DNA of 64,000 nt, taken from NCBI GenBank assembly GCA_963663865.1, contig OY760686.1, forward strand, positions 1,824,001 to 1,888,000, written 5' to 3'. Shown piece after piece: positions 36,704 through 47,678 of this stretch. The translations under genes were made by a program, and so were the position numbers. The stretch's first letter is position 1; each line of letters opens with the position of its first letter. The notes under the pieces were generated by a model, which saw only the letters and a list, made by a program, of their open reading frames with translations, did not search any database and had not been told where the DNA came from. This DNA comes from Spirochaetota bacterium (GTDB taxonomy: Bacteria; Spirochaetota; UBA4802; UBA5550).

Positions 36704-37897
36704 TTATTTGTCGAGAGCTACAAAACCCGGAAGATCCTTGCCTTCAATAAGCTCAAGGAATGCTCCTCCGCCCGTTGAAATGTAGGAAATCTTATCGGCT
36801 ACACCTGCCTGGTTTACTGCTGTTACGCTGTCTCCGCCTCCGACAATGCTCAGACAGTCGCTTTCAGCTAAAAGCTCGGCGATTTTATTAGTTCCATCAG
36901 CGAAGTTTGACATTTCAAAAGCTCCCATCGGGCCGTTCCATACGATAGTTTTAGCGCTTTTAATTTTTTCTGAGAATATCCTGATTGAGTCCGGTCCTAC
37001 ATCAAGACCCATCTGATCATCCGGCATGCTGTCAGCTGCGACTATTGTGGATGGAGATTCATTTTTGAACTCAGCCGCGCATACAATGTCCGTCGGGAGC
37101 AGTATTTCTACGTTGCGAGAGCTGGCGTCTTTCATTATCTGCTTAGCTGTGTCCACGAGGTCTTCTTCAAGAAGCGACTTGCCCACCTTGAGTCCGTTGG
37201 CCTTCATGAAGGTGAAAGCCATACCTCCGCCGATTATAAGGAAATCTACTTTGGTTATCATGTTTTTAAGGGCGTCAAGTTTGGAAGAGACTTTAGCTCC
37301 GCCTATGATTGCTCCGAGAGGCCTTTCCGGGTTCTTCATGGCTTTGTTGAAGTACTCAATTTCATCCTTTAGCAGGTAGCCTGCGGCGCATACAGGGATA
37401 TAGCGTGTTATAGCGTCATTTGAAGCGTGACCTCTATGAGCCGTAGCGAAAGCGTCGTTCAGGTAAACGTCGGCGAGTGATGCTAACTTCTTGCCGAATT
37501 CATCATCATTTTTTTCCTCTTCAGGATAAAAGCGGATATTCTCAAGAAGAACCACATCTCCGTCTTTAAGAGAATCAATCTTTGCCTTTAGCTCAGAAGA
37601 TCCGATTTGATCCGTGATAAACTGGACTTCCTTCCCAAGGTGGCCAGACAGGTTTTCAGCAGCCGGTTTAAGGCTCATCTCTGCAACAGCCTTGCCCTTG
37701 GGCCTGCCAAGGTGAGATACGAGTATAACCTTGCTGTTGTTTTCGAGGCATTTTTTAATTGTAGGCAAAGTTGCTTTGATCCTTGTATCATCAGTGATGT
37801 TCATCGAGCTGTCGTAAGGCACGTTGAAATCAACCCTGATCAGGACTTTTTTCGATTTTAGGTCAATCTGGTCAATGTACTTGATTGTCATTGTCAT
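36704..37897 (-). CDS. pgk: Phosphoglycerate kinase
   Basis: RVDFNVP, SHLGRP, LLENIRF, DAFATAHRGHAS, GGAKVSSK, WNGPMG, ISTGGGA. Confidence 0.98.
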   Translation of the reverse strand: MTMTIKYIDQIDLKSKKVLIRVDFNVPYDSSMNITDDTRIKATLPTIKKCLENNSKVILVSHLGRPKGKAVAEMSLKPAAENLSGHLGKEVQFITDQIGSSELKAKIDSLKDGDVVLLENIRFYPEEEKNDDEFGKKLASLADVYLNDAFATAHRGHASNDAITRYIPVCAAGYLLKDEIEYFNKAMKNPERPLGAIIGGAKVSSKLDALKNMITKVDFLIIGGGMAFTFMKANGLKVGKSLLEEDLVDTAKQIMKDASSRNVEILLPTDIVCAAEFKNESPSTIVAADSMPDDQMGLDVGPDSIRIFSEKIKSAKTIVWNGPMGAFEMSNFADGTNKIAELLAESDCLSIVGGGDSVTAVNQAGVADKISYISTGGGAFLELIEGKDLPGFVALDK

Positions 37898-38260
37898 TGC
37901 TCCTGTTTATTTGATTTTAAAAAATTCACTTATCTTTAATACCATCTAATAACCGATATCATGCTGGTAAAGTATTTTTTAATGAAATATATTCATGAGA
38001 TTGTAGCATAATCTTGAAAAAGAGTCAACAAAAGTTCGAAGGATGACAGTGAAAGGCGAATATCGGTTGCAAAAATAAAGAAAGATCTTCAAAAAAATAT
38101 CTTTATTGACAACATGATTGGGATTATCAGAAAATAAATATTTATCAGAGAGAGTTTTTTAATCTGGCCGCATGAATTATATGGATAACACGAAGTTCAA
38201 ACCAACGGCAACAATTTCCGTCGTAAAAAATCGTGTTTCTATCTATTGATAGGAGGAGAA

Positions 38261-40081
38261 ATGGATTATCAAAAAGCTGTCACAATTCCGCAGCTTTTCC
38301 ACGAAGGAGTGGAAAACTTCGGATCAAAACCCCTTGTGTCCAGCAAGCATGAAGGGAAATACAGAGAGATATCATGGCAGGAGATGGGACGGACTGTAAG
38401 AGGGCTTGCCTCTTTTCTCATTGATCAGGGTATAAAAAAGAAGGATAGAATTGCTATTTTTTCAGAAAACAGGCATGAGTGGTGGGAGGCCGACCTTGCA
38501 TCCCTTTCCGCAGGCGCGATTGATGTTCCAATATATTCAACAAATTCTCCTGATGAGGCGGCATACATTATTTCCGATTCTGAGTGCAGAATCTGTTTTG
38601 CAGGCACTGAGGCACATCTTGAAAAGCTGAAAAAAGTGAGAAAAAAACTACCGTCACTTGAACTTATAATTGTATTCAATAATGTTAAAAAGTCGAAGGG
38701 AGTTATAAGCTTTGCTGAGGCAGTGCGCCGGGGCGAGGAATCAAGGGATGCTCTTAAGCTTCAAAAAACAATGCAGAAGAGAATCGCATCTCTTAAGGAA
38801 ACTGATGTGGCCACAATAATGTACACATCAGGAACTACCGGCAGCCCAAAGGGCGTAATGCTAACCCATAGCAATATCATCTGGAACGTTAAGCAGAGCC
38901 TGGGAGAATTCGGGGCCATGGTAAGACATGACTCAACCTTTATCTCCTTTTTGCCCCTTTCTCACGCGCTTGAGCGGACGGTTGGATTCTATCTCCCAGT
39001 TTATGCGGGATCAATGGTTGGATTCGTTGAAAATATATCAACAACCCTGATGAGTGATTTTCTGCTCATACGTCCTACTGTCCTTGTAAGCGTCCCGAGG
39101 ATATTTGAGAAGATACACTCAGCTATTTTAGCCAAACTCGACGAAGCTTCGCCTGTAAGCAGGTTTGTATTTAACTGGGCCATGAAGATAGGCGCCCGAA
39201 ACGTGCCATATAATTGTAAAAATCTCAAAAGGGGCGCAATATTTGATTTTAAATACAGGCTGGCCGACAGGCTTATATTCAGCAAGCTAAAGGCGGCGAT
39301 AGGTTTCGACAGGATTGATTTTGCCATTTCCGGCGGCGGACCGTTGAGCGTGTCAGACGCAGAGTTTTTCCTTGGGATGGGGCTGAAGGTTTTTGAAGGC
39401 TACGGCCTCACCGAAACCACTCCTGTGACAAACGCTAACAGGGTTGTTCTGAATAAGCCCGGCTCCGTAGGGCCGGCGCTCATGGAAACACATGTGCGAA
39501 TATCTGACGATGGAGAGGTTCAGATTAAAGGGCCTCAGATAATGAAAGGCTACTACAAGCATCCTGCTGAGACAAAGGCCATAATGACAGCAGACGGCTA
39601 TCTCAAAACCGGCGATGTGGGAATCCTTGATGATGATGGATACCTGTGGATTACAGGAAGAATAAAGGACATAATAGTTACCGCCGGCGGGAAGAATATT
39701 TCTCCTCAAAACATTGAGGGGCAGCTCTTGACCTCACGATATATTGAGCAATGCGCTGTTATCGGGGACAGAAGAAAGTTTCTGTCGGTGCTGATTGTGC
39801 CTTCATTTACAGAGCTAAAGAAGTGGGCAGTAAAGAATGGTGTTCCCGCAACAGATAAAAATGCCCTCGTTAGACATCCGCAGGTACATGAGATGTTTGA
39901 AAACGAGATCAAATCCCTTCTTAAGAACTTTTCAAGAGTCGAGCAGGTTAAAAAATTCAGCTTGCTTTCAAGAGAGTGGGACCAGGCGGGAGGCGAGCTG
40001 ACACCTTCGTTGAAGGTCAAACGCAGAATCATCGAAGAAAAATACAGGGATGTTATTGAATCAATGTATGCGTCAGAATGA
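38261..40081 (+). CDS. fadD: Long-chain fatty acyl-CoA synthetase (AMP-dependent), paralogue 1
   Basis: YTSGTTGSPKG, FLPLSHALER, GYGLTET, TGD, GRIKD, ELTPSLKVKR; AGGAGG RBS. Confidence 0.92.
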   Translation: MDYQKAVTIPQLFHEGVENFGSKPLVSSKHEGKYREISWQEMGRTVRGLASFLIDQGIKKKDRIAIFSENRHEWWEADLASLSAGAIDVPIYSTNSPDEAAYIISDSECRICFAGTEAHLEKLKKVRKKLPSLELIIVFNNVKKSKGVISFAEAVRRGEESRDALKLQKTMQKRIASLKETDVATIMYTSGTTGSPKGVMLTHSNIIWNVKQSLGEFGAMVRHDSTFISFLPLSHALERTVGFYLPVYAGSMVGFVENISTTLMSDFLLIRPTVLVSVPRIFEKIHSAILAKLDEASPVSRFVFNWAMKIGARNVPYNCKNLKRGAIFDFKYRLADRLIFSKLKAAIGFDRIDFAISGGGPLSVSDAEFFLGMGLKVFEGYGLTETTPVTNANRVVLNKPGSVGPALMETHVRISDDGEVQIKGPQIMKGYYKHPAETKAIMTADGYLKTGDVGILDDDGYLWITGRIKDIIVTAGGKNISPQNIEGQLLTSRYIEQCAVIGDRRKFLSVLIVPSFTELKKWAVKNGVPATDKNALVRHPQVHEMFENEIKSLLKNFSRVEQVKKFSLLSREWDQAGGELTPSLKVKRRIIEEKYRDVIESMYASE

Positions 40082-40102
40082 GCAAATACTTTTCTAATGG
40101 GG

Positions 40103-40137
40103 AAAGGGGGGATGGAACTTATGTTTCATCCTTTTTT
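40103..40137 (+). terminator. Intrinsic terminator between the two acyl-CoA synthetase genes
   Basis: GGATGGAAC-ttat-GTTTCATCC followed by T6. Confidence 0.75.
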
Positions 40138-40240
40138 ATACTTTAATAATCCCTCAGTAAAACCTGGCATTTATTAAACTTGACAAAACTTCAATTATGT
40201 GAAGAAAAATATTCAAAAAGCGGAAAATCAGGGGGATTGG

Positions 40241-42058
40241 ATGACTCAGCATAACAAAAGAGCAACAGGGACAATGCCGGATATCTTTCAGAAAAGAGCG
40301 GCAGAATACGGTGAACGTCAATGTGTTCTTTATAAAAAAGACGGTGTATATACGCCGATCTCATGGAACAGCATCAACAAAATGGTCAGGGGCCTGGCAT
40401 GCTACTTTTTGTCCAGAGGGGTGAAAAAAGGCGATAAGATAGCAGTCTTTTCGGAAAATAGATATGAGTGGTGGGTTGCTGACCTTGCTGCATTGTCTGT
40501 GGGAGCGGTTACTGTACCTGTATATTCGACAAATTCAGCTGAAGAAACATGGTATATCTTAAACAATTCAGGTTGTTCGGTTTGTGCTCTGTCAACGGAT
40601 TCACATCTTGAGAGGATCTTGAAAAACAAACGCAGGCTCAGCTCATTGAAGGAAATCATAATATTTGAGAAGCCCGGGGCAAAACAGCGTTCTGTGACAT
40701 GGATTGAAGACGCATGCGGAAAAAGAGGGCTTGATAAGTATGAAAAGGAGCTCGATAAACGAATCAAGTCAGTGAAGCCGTCTGATACAGCTACAGTAAT
40801 GTACACCTCAGGGACTACAGGCGATCCAAGAGGTGTTGTGCTGACTCACGACAATATATTTTCTCAGGTCGATAATATTTTCAAGAAGTCAGAGATATAC
40901 GGAAAGGTAATCCATACAGATATATTTCTTTCTTTTCTGCCGCTGTCACATGTGCTTGAAAGAACCGCGGGCTATTACGGGCCGATATATATAGGTGCCA
41001 CTGTAGCATTTGCTGAGAGCATTGCTACTTTGCTTGAGAATTTTAAAGAAGTCAGACCCACAATCGTTATCAGTGTTCCGAGAATATATGAGAAGGTTCA
41101 CGCCGGAATTATGGAGAAGGTGCATGAGGCCTCATTTGTCAAGAAGGCCATCTTCAGTCTGGCATTCACTGTCGCCAGGAAGAACCTTCCATATGTCTGT
41201 TCTGACAGAACGCCTGCCGGAGTTCTGGGCTCGCTTGTTTCTCTGATGGACAAACTGGTTTATTCAAAGCTAAAAGAGGCTCTGGGTTTTGACAGACTCC
41301 AGTTCGCAATCTCGGGCGGAGCGCCCCTGTCCCTCTCGGACGCCGAGTTCTTCATTGGAATGGGGCTTAAGATTCTGGAGGGCTATGGCCTGACTGAAAC
41401 CTCCCCGGTAACACATTTCAACAGGCCGGGGAAGATAAAGCAGGGTACGGTGGGTTATCCTCTTCTTGATACAGACATTAGAATATCGGACGAAGGGGAA
41501 ATCCAGGTTAAAGGCCGCCAGGTAATGAAGGGATATTATCGGGACACAAAGGGTACGAAGGCTGCCTTCACAGCAGATGGTTACTTTAAAACAGGGGATA
41601 TGGGGTTTGTGGATGAGGCCGGAAGGCTGATAATTACCGGCAGAATTAAGGATATTATTGTAACAGCGGGAGGGAAAAATATATCACCACAAAATATTGA
41701 GAACAGCCTCAAATCCTCTGTCTACATTGAGCAGGCTGCAATAATTGGAGACCGAAGGAAATTCATCTCAGCCCTTATCGTGCCATCATTCCCTGAATTG
41801 AAAAAATGGGCTAAAAGGAATTCCATTGATTATTCCGGCAACTCTGAACTCTTAAACTCTGAAGCCGTACACAAACTGTTTGAAGAAGAGATCACAAGGC
41901 TGACAGAGAGATTCTCAAGGGCCGAAAAGATTAAAAAATTCCGGCTGCTTGAGGCGGAGTGGAGTCAGGAGTCAGGAGAGCTGACTCCAAAACAAAGTGT
42001 TAAGCGCAGAATTATAGAAGCAAAATATAGAGATGAAATTGAATCCATGTATAAATAG
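40241..42058 (+). CDS. fadD: Long-chain fatty acyl-CoA synthetase, paralogue 2
   Basis: YTSGTTGDPRG, FLPLSHVLER, GYGLTET, GRIKD, ELTPKQSVKR. Confidence 0.9.
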   Translation: MTQHNKRATGTMPDIFQKRAAEYGERQCVLYKKDGVYTPISWNSINKMVRGLACYFLSRGVKKGDKIAVFSENRYEWWVADLAALSVGAVTVPVYSTNSAEETWYILNNSGCSVCALSTDSHLERILKNKRRLSSLKEIIIFEKPGAKQRSVTWIEDACGKRGLDKYEKELDKRIKSVKPSDTATVMYTSGTTGDPRGVVLTHDNIFSQVDNIFKKSEIYGKVIHTDIFLSFLPLSHVLERTAGYYGPIYIGATVAFAESIATLLENFKEVRPTIVISVPRIYEKVHAGIMEKVHEASFVKKAIFSLAFTVARKNLPYVCSDRTPAGVLGSLVSLMDKLVYSKLKEALGFDRLQFAISGGAPLSLSDAEFFIGMGLKILEGYGLTETSPVTHFNRPGKIKQGTVGYPLLDTDIRISDEGEIQVKGRQVMKGYYRDTKGTKAAFTADGYFKTGDMGFVDEAGRLIITGRIKDIIVTAGGKNISPQNIENSLKSSVYIEQAAIIGDRRKFISALIVPSFPELKKWAKRNSIDYSGNSELLNSEAVHKLFEEEITRLTERFSRAEKIKKFRLLEAEWSQESGELTPKQSVKRRIIEAKYRDEIESMYK

Positions 42059-42165
42059 TGCGTCTCCTATAATACGGAACGAAGGAAAGGCTTACCAAAT
42101 TATACATAACATTTCAAATACTTCTTTACATCCCGCGAACAATTAGTTTTGCTTTAATTGGTTTT

Positions 42166-42197
42166 GTAAAAGGCTGTCGATTAAGGCGGCCTTTTAC
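42166..42197. terminator. Terminator-like hairpin downstream of the second fadD
   Basis: GTAAAAGGCTGTC-gattaa-GGCGGCCTTTTAC. Confidence 0.55.
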
Positions 42198-42264
42198 TTA
42201 AGCTTGACAGGAAATAAATGCCGTCAACGGTACTCGGCCGTGCGGCAGCGATAACGGTGGGTTT

Positions 42265-43602
42265 GTGCAGGAAATACACAGTCTTATAAAAAGCGTCAGC
42301 GATTTTCTCTGGGGAGCGCCGATGCTTGTTCTTCTTTTCGGTGTGCATATCTTCCTAACCGTAAGACTCGGTTTTATCCAGAGATACATTTTTAGAGGTA
42401 TCAGACTTTCATTTCGGAGCGAGGAAACAGGTAAGGGCGACATATCTCACTTTGCCTCGCTCTCAACAGCTCTTGCCGCCACAATAGGCACAGGAAATAT
42501 AATTGGAGTCGCAACAGCTGTATCGCTGGGAGGCCCCGGAGCCGTATTGTGGTGCTGGATGACTGGCGTCTTCGGGATTGCGACAAAGTACTCAGAAGCC
42601 GTTCTCGCCGTTAAATACAGAGTACAAACTGACAGGGGTACAATGGCGGGTGGCCCGATGTACGCTCTTGAAAAGGGCATGAAGTCAAGGACGCTGGCGG
42701 TGCTTTTCAGCGTTTTTACCGCATGCGCGGCATTCGGTATCGGCAACATGGTGCAGGCAAACGCCATTTCCAGCCTTGCCATGGAAACCTTCAGCATACC
42801 TTCCTGGATAACCGGGATTATGTTGACTTTGCTTGTCGCTGCTGTACTAATCGGCGGCATCAGGTCTATTGCAGGCTTCTGTTCACTCTTTGTCCCTCTA
42901 ATGGCTCTTTTGTATATTGGAGGCTGCATCGCTGTACTGATTATAAACAGCTCCTATTTGATTCCGGCCATTGAGGCGATTGTATCGTCTGCCTTCAGCA
43001 TTGAGGCTGTAGGCGGCGGCGCTGCGGGCGGGGGGGTAATCGCGGCAGCGAGATACGGCATAGCCCGGGGGCTTTTTTCTAACGAGTCAGGTCTTGGATC
43101 AGCGCCCATCGTAGCAGCTGCGGCACAGACAAGCAATCCGGTGAGACAGGGGCTTGTATCATCAACCGCGACTTTCTGGGACACGGTCGTAGTGTGCGCT
43201 CTTACGGGGCTTGTCGTAGTCACTGCGATTATTCGTGATCCGGTGAGCATGAACGGACTGGGAGGCGCGGTGCTTACAAAGGCTTCCTTTGAGTCCATTC
43301 CTGTAGCGGGACCTCTGCTTTTAAATGTGGGCCTGTTGACATTTGTTTTTTCAACTATTCTGGGTTGGTCATACTACGGAGAAAGGGCAGTCGAATATCT
43401 TACAGGTCAAAGGGGAATTCTGCCCTACAGGTTTCTCTGGGTAGGCGCTGTATTCGCGGGTTCAGTGATGTCTCTGCCACTGGTCTGGGATCTCGCGGAT
43501 GTCATGAACGCGTTGATGGCATTCCCGAACCTGATTGCGCTGATATTTCTAAGCGGTGTTGTAGCATCTGAGACCGGTAAGCATATCCGCTCATGTAAAT
43601 AG
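42265..43602 (+). CDS. alsT: Alanine/glycine:cation symporter (AGCS/AlsT family)
   Basis: ALAATIGTGNI, GGPGAVLW, GGPMY, RGLFSNESGLGSAP, STILGWSYYGE, MAFPNLI. Confidence 0.93.
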   Translation: MQEIHSLIKSVSDFLWGAPMLVLLFGVHIFLTVRLGFIQRYIFRGIRLSFRSEETGKGDISHFASLSTALAATIGTGNIIGVATAVSLGGPGAVLWCWMTGVFGIATKYSEAVLAVKYRVQTDRGTMAGGPMYALEKGMKSRTLAVLFSVFTACAAFGIGNMVQANAISSLAMETFSIPSWITGIMLTLLVAAVLIGGIRSIAGFCSLFVPLMALLYIGGCIAVLIINSSYLIPAIEAIVSSAFSIEAVGGGAAGGGVIAAARYGIARGLFSNESGLGSAPIVAAAAQTSNPVRQGLVSSTATFWDTVVVCALTGLVVVTAIIRDPVSMNGLGGAVLTKASFESIPVAGPLLLNVGLLTFVFSTILGWSYYGERAVEYLTGQRGILPYRFLWVGAVFAGSVMSLPLVWDLADVMNALMAFPNLIALIFLSGVVASETGKHIRSCK

Positions 43603-43633
43603 CATACAGATAGGGATATGCCTGCGGTCTCAT

Positions 43634-45310
43634 CTACTTGAAAAAGTCCATGTCATCCTTGAGCGTTTCAGCAACAGAAGCTATCTCTTCAGTGCTTGCA
43701 GTCAGCTGTTCTGCTCCGGAGGCGTTCGCCTGAACGAGATTGCTTACCTCTGAAAGAGAATTTACGACCTCAATGATGGCGCTTTTTTCTTCGTCAATAG
43801 CGCCCTTTATCTCGTGGGTGATCCTGTTAACTTCTTCAGCTTTGTAGTTGACCTTCGTGTTGATATCAACCTGAATTTCCATCGTTGAACCGATTTTGTT
43901 CATCATTTCTGAGGCCATAACGATGCCTTTCATTATCTCATCAATTTGAGTGGAAGCGTCATCAAGCGTGAGCACCCCCTTGTTGATTTCGTTGTCGTTT
44001 TTCATAAGCAGGGAGCTTATTTCGCCTATGCTTGTTGCTGTTTCATCCGCAAGTTTTGATATCTCATCAGCAACAACAGCAAAGCCGCGGCCTGAATCTC
44101 CGGCTCTTGCCGCCTCTATCGCGGCGTTTAATGATAGAAGGTTTATCTGGTCGGATATATCTGTGATGAGATTTATGATATTACGCACATCAGACGAGCT
44201 TTTTGAAATGTTCTGCATACTCAGTTTCATGTTGCTCAGCGCTTTAACGCTCATGTCGGCTTTTTCTGATATTGATGAGCTTGATTTTACATTTTCTCTG
44301 ATAAGAACCTTCATTTCGTCGATGAGCCTGGAGAGATTGGTCATTTCGTCTATAAGGTCCGCCAGCTCAGAATTCTGGGTGTTTGCCTGGTCGGCTATTC
44401 TCTCCATGCTGGCCGAGAGTTCTTCGATTGTCGCGGTTATCTCCTCAATGGAAGATGCCTCGCTCTGAGCGTTGTTAGAAAATGAATTGGCGGATGCGGC
44501 GATTTCGGTTGATGAAGACGCTAACTGGGATGAGTAGTCCTTGCTTTTGAGAATCAGATTGTTTATTATAACCATAAAGGAGTTGAAATGATCCGCAATA
44601 GCCTGAAATTCGTCATGGGTTCTTATTTCGAACCTCTTGGATATATCCCCCGTGCTGATGACCTCTACTGTCTTTCTGATGGAGTTAATCGAAAAGGATA
44701 TTGATTTGACAGTCTTGAACAGAACAATCAAAATGAAAAAAGCCAGAAATGCCATAGATGAGGCGTTTATTGTATTAGCTGTTTTGTTGAAGCTTTCAAG
44801 CTCTTCTTCAAGCTCCTGCATCTTTGAATTGCTGAGCTCGGTTATCTCCCTGAGCTGAGTCTGGAGTTTTTGAAGAGGTTGTGTAACGTAGCTGGAGTAG
44901 GCCTCCATTTTTTTTGCGGTATCCGGGGATTTCTGCACTTCTTCGGCCCCATGGTGTATCCTGGAATGAACTTCCTCCATCTCTTTGAATATTTTTTTCT
45001 GAGCTTCCGACATCACTGCAGGGCCGCCCTCGGGCCTGTGGGAGTTGTACCATTTGCCGAAGTTGCACTTTGAAGGATCCAGTTCACCTGCAAAAGATGA
45101 ACCGGAACATATAGAATTTATCAGGCCGTTCGCCCAGAGAAGGTGCTGATTGTACAGCTCGCTCATGCTGAGATTCAGATCAGCGAGCTTTGATATCTGT
45201 TCTTCCCGTTTTGACTGATTGAGGTTGATGAAATAAATCAGGCTGAATTCGGCGGTTAATAATATTCCGATTATTATAAAACTTAAAACGAGCCTTCTTC
45301 TAATTGTCAT
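43634..45310 (-). CDS. Methyl-accepting chemotaxis protein with a CZB domain between two TMs
   Basis: TM1; HLLW...CNFGKWY...HSRIH (CZB); TM2; HAMP; [29 protein letters not shown]. Confidence 0.9.
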   Translation of the reverse strand: MTIRRRLVLSFIIIGILLTAEFSLIYFINLNQSKREEQISKLADLNLSMSELYNQHLLWANGLINSICSGSSFAGELDPSKCNFGKWYNSHRPEGGPAVMSEAQKKIFKEMEEVHSRIHHGAEEVQKSPDTAKKMEAYSSYVTQPLQKLQTQLREITELSNSKMQELEEELESFNKTANTINASSMAFLAFFILIVLFKTVKSISFSINSIRKTVEVISTGDISKRFEIRTHDEFQAIADHFNSFMVIINNLILKSKDYSSQLASSSTEIAASANSFSNNAQSEASSIEEITATIEELSASMERIADQANTQNSELADLIDEMTNLSRLIDEMKVLIRENVKSSSSISEKADMSVKALSNMKLSMQNISKSSSDVRNIINLITDISDQINLLSLNAAIEAARAGDSGRGFAVVADEISKLADETATSIGEISSLLMKNDNEINKGVLTLDDASTQIDEIMKGIVMASEMMNKIGSTMEIQVDINTKVNYKAEEVNRITHEIKGAIDEEKSAIIEVVNSLSEVSNLVQANASGAEQLTASTEEIASVAETLKDDMDFFK

Positions 45311-45352
45311 ATTGATCCTTCGAACAGATAATCTTGATTAAGTTGCTCTGGC

Positions 45353-45381
45353 ATTATGGGAAAATAATATTTATACGTCAA
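45353..45381 (-). promoter_or_regulatory. Sigma70 promoter of the CZB chemoreceptor
   Basis: Minus strand TTGACG-N17-CATAAT. Confidence 0.55.
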
Positions 45382-45745
45382 AGTAAAAAATTTTAGTATT
45401 AGAAATTAAAACAAATCCGGATTGATTTAGGGCGGTATAGCTATTGATGACGAATATATAGAGCTGACACTTTAATATACAGTTTAGACTTTCATTCTAA
45501 CCGGATTCAATTTTGTTATCTCTCATTCAAAGATTAAAAAACAAACAGATATCGCCTCAATATCAGGTCTATATTTTAATCTTTAAACTATTTTATTGGA
45601 ATTATGGTAATCTGAAATCAGGATTCAACGATTTATTGTTGATAATTTGATACTGGTTTTTTTATTGTCTTAGCTGTTTAAATATGTAAACTGTTTTGCG
45701 GGTTTATCGCGATTGCTCTCATATTTATTTCCGGAGAAAGGCTTT

Positions 45746-47662
45746 ATGGTAAAAAAAGAGGTTTTAGACCGCTGGACCATTGAGGATTCAGTGGACGTTT
45801 ATGGCATCAATAACTGGGGCGCCGGGTATTTTAATATTTCTCCATCCGGTGATGTGGTAGTGACCCCATTTAAAGATAAAAAGATATCTGTAAGCCTGAA
45901 GGATGTTATAGACGGAATTGAGGACAGAGGCATGGATATGCCGGTTCTGTTGAGACTCGAAAACCTCCTTGATGCCCAGCTTTCGAATCTTCACAACAGC
46001 TTTCAGAAGGCCATTGACCAGTTCAATTACCGGGGGGCTTACAGAGGTGTTTTCCCTATCAAGGTCAACCAGCAGCAGCAGGTAATTGAAGAGATATCAC
46101 GGTATGGAGCAAAGTATCATCACGGGCTCGAAGCCGGGAGCAAGGCCGAGCTTATAGTGGCAATATCGATGATAAGCGATCCGGAGGCCTGTATTATATG
46201 CAACGGCTACAAGGATGAAGAGTTTGTTGATCTCGGACTGTTCGCTCTTAAAATGGGCTATAAGTGCATTTTTGTCCTTGAGATGCCCGGCGAACTGCCT
46301 TTGATAGTCGAAAGGGCAAAAAAGCTGGGTGTTAAACCGCTAATCGGCGTGCGTCTCAAGCTGTCATCAAAGGCCGGAGGGCACTGGAGTGAGTCGGGGG
46401 GAGATAGAAGCATATTCGGTCTTAACACCTCACAGCTTATTGATGTAGTGGACCAGCTCAAGAAATATGAGATGCTTGATTCTCTACAGCTTCTTCACTA
46501 CCATCTTGGTTCGCAAATTCCAAACATCAGGGATATAAGGTCGGCTGTGGTTGAAGCAGTCAGGATATACGCGGAGCTTGTAAAAGAAGGGGCCAGCATG
46601 GGTTACCTCGATTTAGGTGGAGGTCTTGCTGTAGACTATGACGGTTCCAAGACGAACAGTATTAATAGCATGAACTATACTCTCGATGAGTACTGCGCCG
46701 ATATAATAGAAGTTATCATGAATATTCTGGACGATATGTCTATTGAGCATCCTGTTATCATTACGGAATCGGGTAGAGCGACTGTAGCGTACTACTCGGT
46801 GCTTCTTTTCAACGTTCTTGATGTCACCAGGTTTGAGGAAAAGCCTCTTCCTCAGATTGATCCCGAAAATTCTCATGAGCTTATTGTTAACCTTCTCGAA
46901 GTATATCAAACTGTTAACTCGCGCAATATCCAGGAGTGTTTCAACGATGCCCTTTTTTACAGGGATGAGATCAGGCAGCTGTTTAAACATGGCGGAATAA
47001 CATTGAGGGAAAGATCTCTTGCGGAGAATATTTTCTGGAATAATATTAACCTCATAGCTAAGATGACTGAAGATCTTAAGAGAGTTCCCCATGCCCTGGA
47101 CGGCCTGGAATCCTCTCTGTCGGATATCTACTACTGCAATTTCAGTGTTTTTCAGTCTCTCCCTGATTCATGGGCGATAGATCATATTTTCCCTGTGATG
47201 CCCATCCACCGTCTGAAAGAAGCTCCTATGAGAAACGCCATCATTGCCGATATTACATGCGACTGTGACGGAATGATTGACAGATTTACGTGCTTTAACG
47301 AGATAAGAAAGACACTGCCTCTTCATGAGAAAAAAGAAAATGAGGAGTACTATCTCGGTGTTTTTCTTGTCGGGGCTTATCAGGAGACTCTTGGAGATCT
47401 GCATAATCTCATGGGAGATACAAATGTAATAAGTATTCGAATTAACAATAATGGAGACTTTGATTTTGTAAGGGAGCTTGAGGGAGACTCTGTTTCAGAT
47501 GTCCTGTCCTATGTTGAATACAATCCGAAAGACCTCGTGGAAATGTTTAGGGACAGAGCTGAAAAGGCAGTCCGAAGCGGCAAAATATCAGCCGCGGAAA
47601 GAAGGCTGATAATGAAGGCTTTTGAAAACGGACTTAGCGGCTACACATATTTCGAAAAATAA
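45746..47662 (+). CDS. speA: Biosynthetic arginine decarboxylase
   Basis: WGAGYF, FPIKVNQ (PLP Lys), GLEAGSKAEL, CNGYKD, HYHLGSQI, DLGGGL, ESGRA, DITCDCDG, GAYQETLGDLHNL. Confidence 0.96.
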   Translation: MVKKEVLDRWTIEDSVDVYGINNWGAGYFNISPSGDVVVTPFKDKKISVSLKDVIDGIEDRGMDMPVLLRLENLLDAQLSNLHNSFQKAIDQFNYRGAYRGVFPIKVNQQQQVIEEISRYGAKYHHGLEAGSKAELIVAISMISDPEACIICNGYKDEEFVDLGLFALKMGYKCIFVLEMPGELPLIVERAKKLGVKPLIGVRLKLSSKAGGHWSESGGDRSIFGLNTSQLIDVVDQLKKYEMLDSLQLLHYHLGSQIPNIRDIRSAVVEAVRIYAELVKEGASMGYLDLGGGLAVDYDGSKTNSINSMNYTLDEYCADIIEVIMNILDDMSIEHPVIITESGRATVAYYSVLLFNVLDVTRFEEKPLPQIDPENSHELIVNLLEVYQTVNSRNIQECFNDALFYRDEIRQLFKHGGITLRERSLAENIFWNNINLIAKMTEDLKRVPHALDGLESSLSDIYYCNFSVFQSLPDSWAIDHIFPVMPIHRLKEAPMRNAIIADITCDCDGMIDRFTCFNEIRKTLPLHEKKENEEYYLGVFLVGAYQETLGDLHNLMGDTNVISIRINNNGDFDFVRELEGDSVSDVLSYVEYNPKDLVEMFRDRAEKAVRSGKISAAERRLIMKAFENGLSGYTYFEK

Positions 47663-47678
47663 TTCAAGGAGGGGCAAT

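Noticed and set aside
42059-42264. Glycine riboswitch before alsT
   Set aside because: No GGAGA...CCGAAG...CTCTCAGG aptamer pattern.
45311-45745. Long AT-rich gap with three loose C(C/A)GGATT(C/G)A repeats (about 45417, 45501, 45619)
   Set aside because: Short, irregularly spaced and compatible with chance; not a CRISPR or iteron array.
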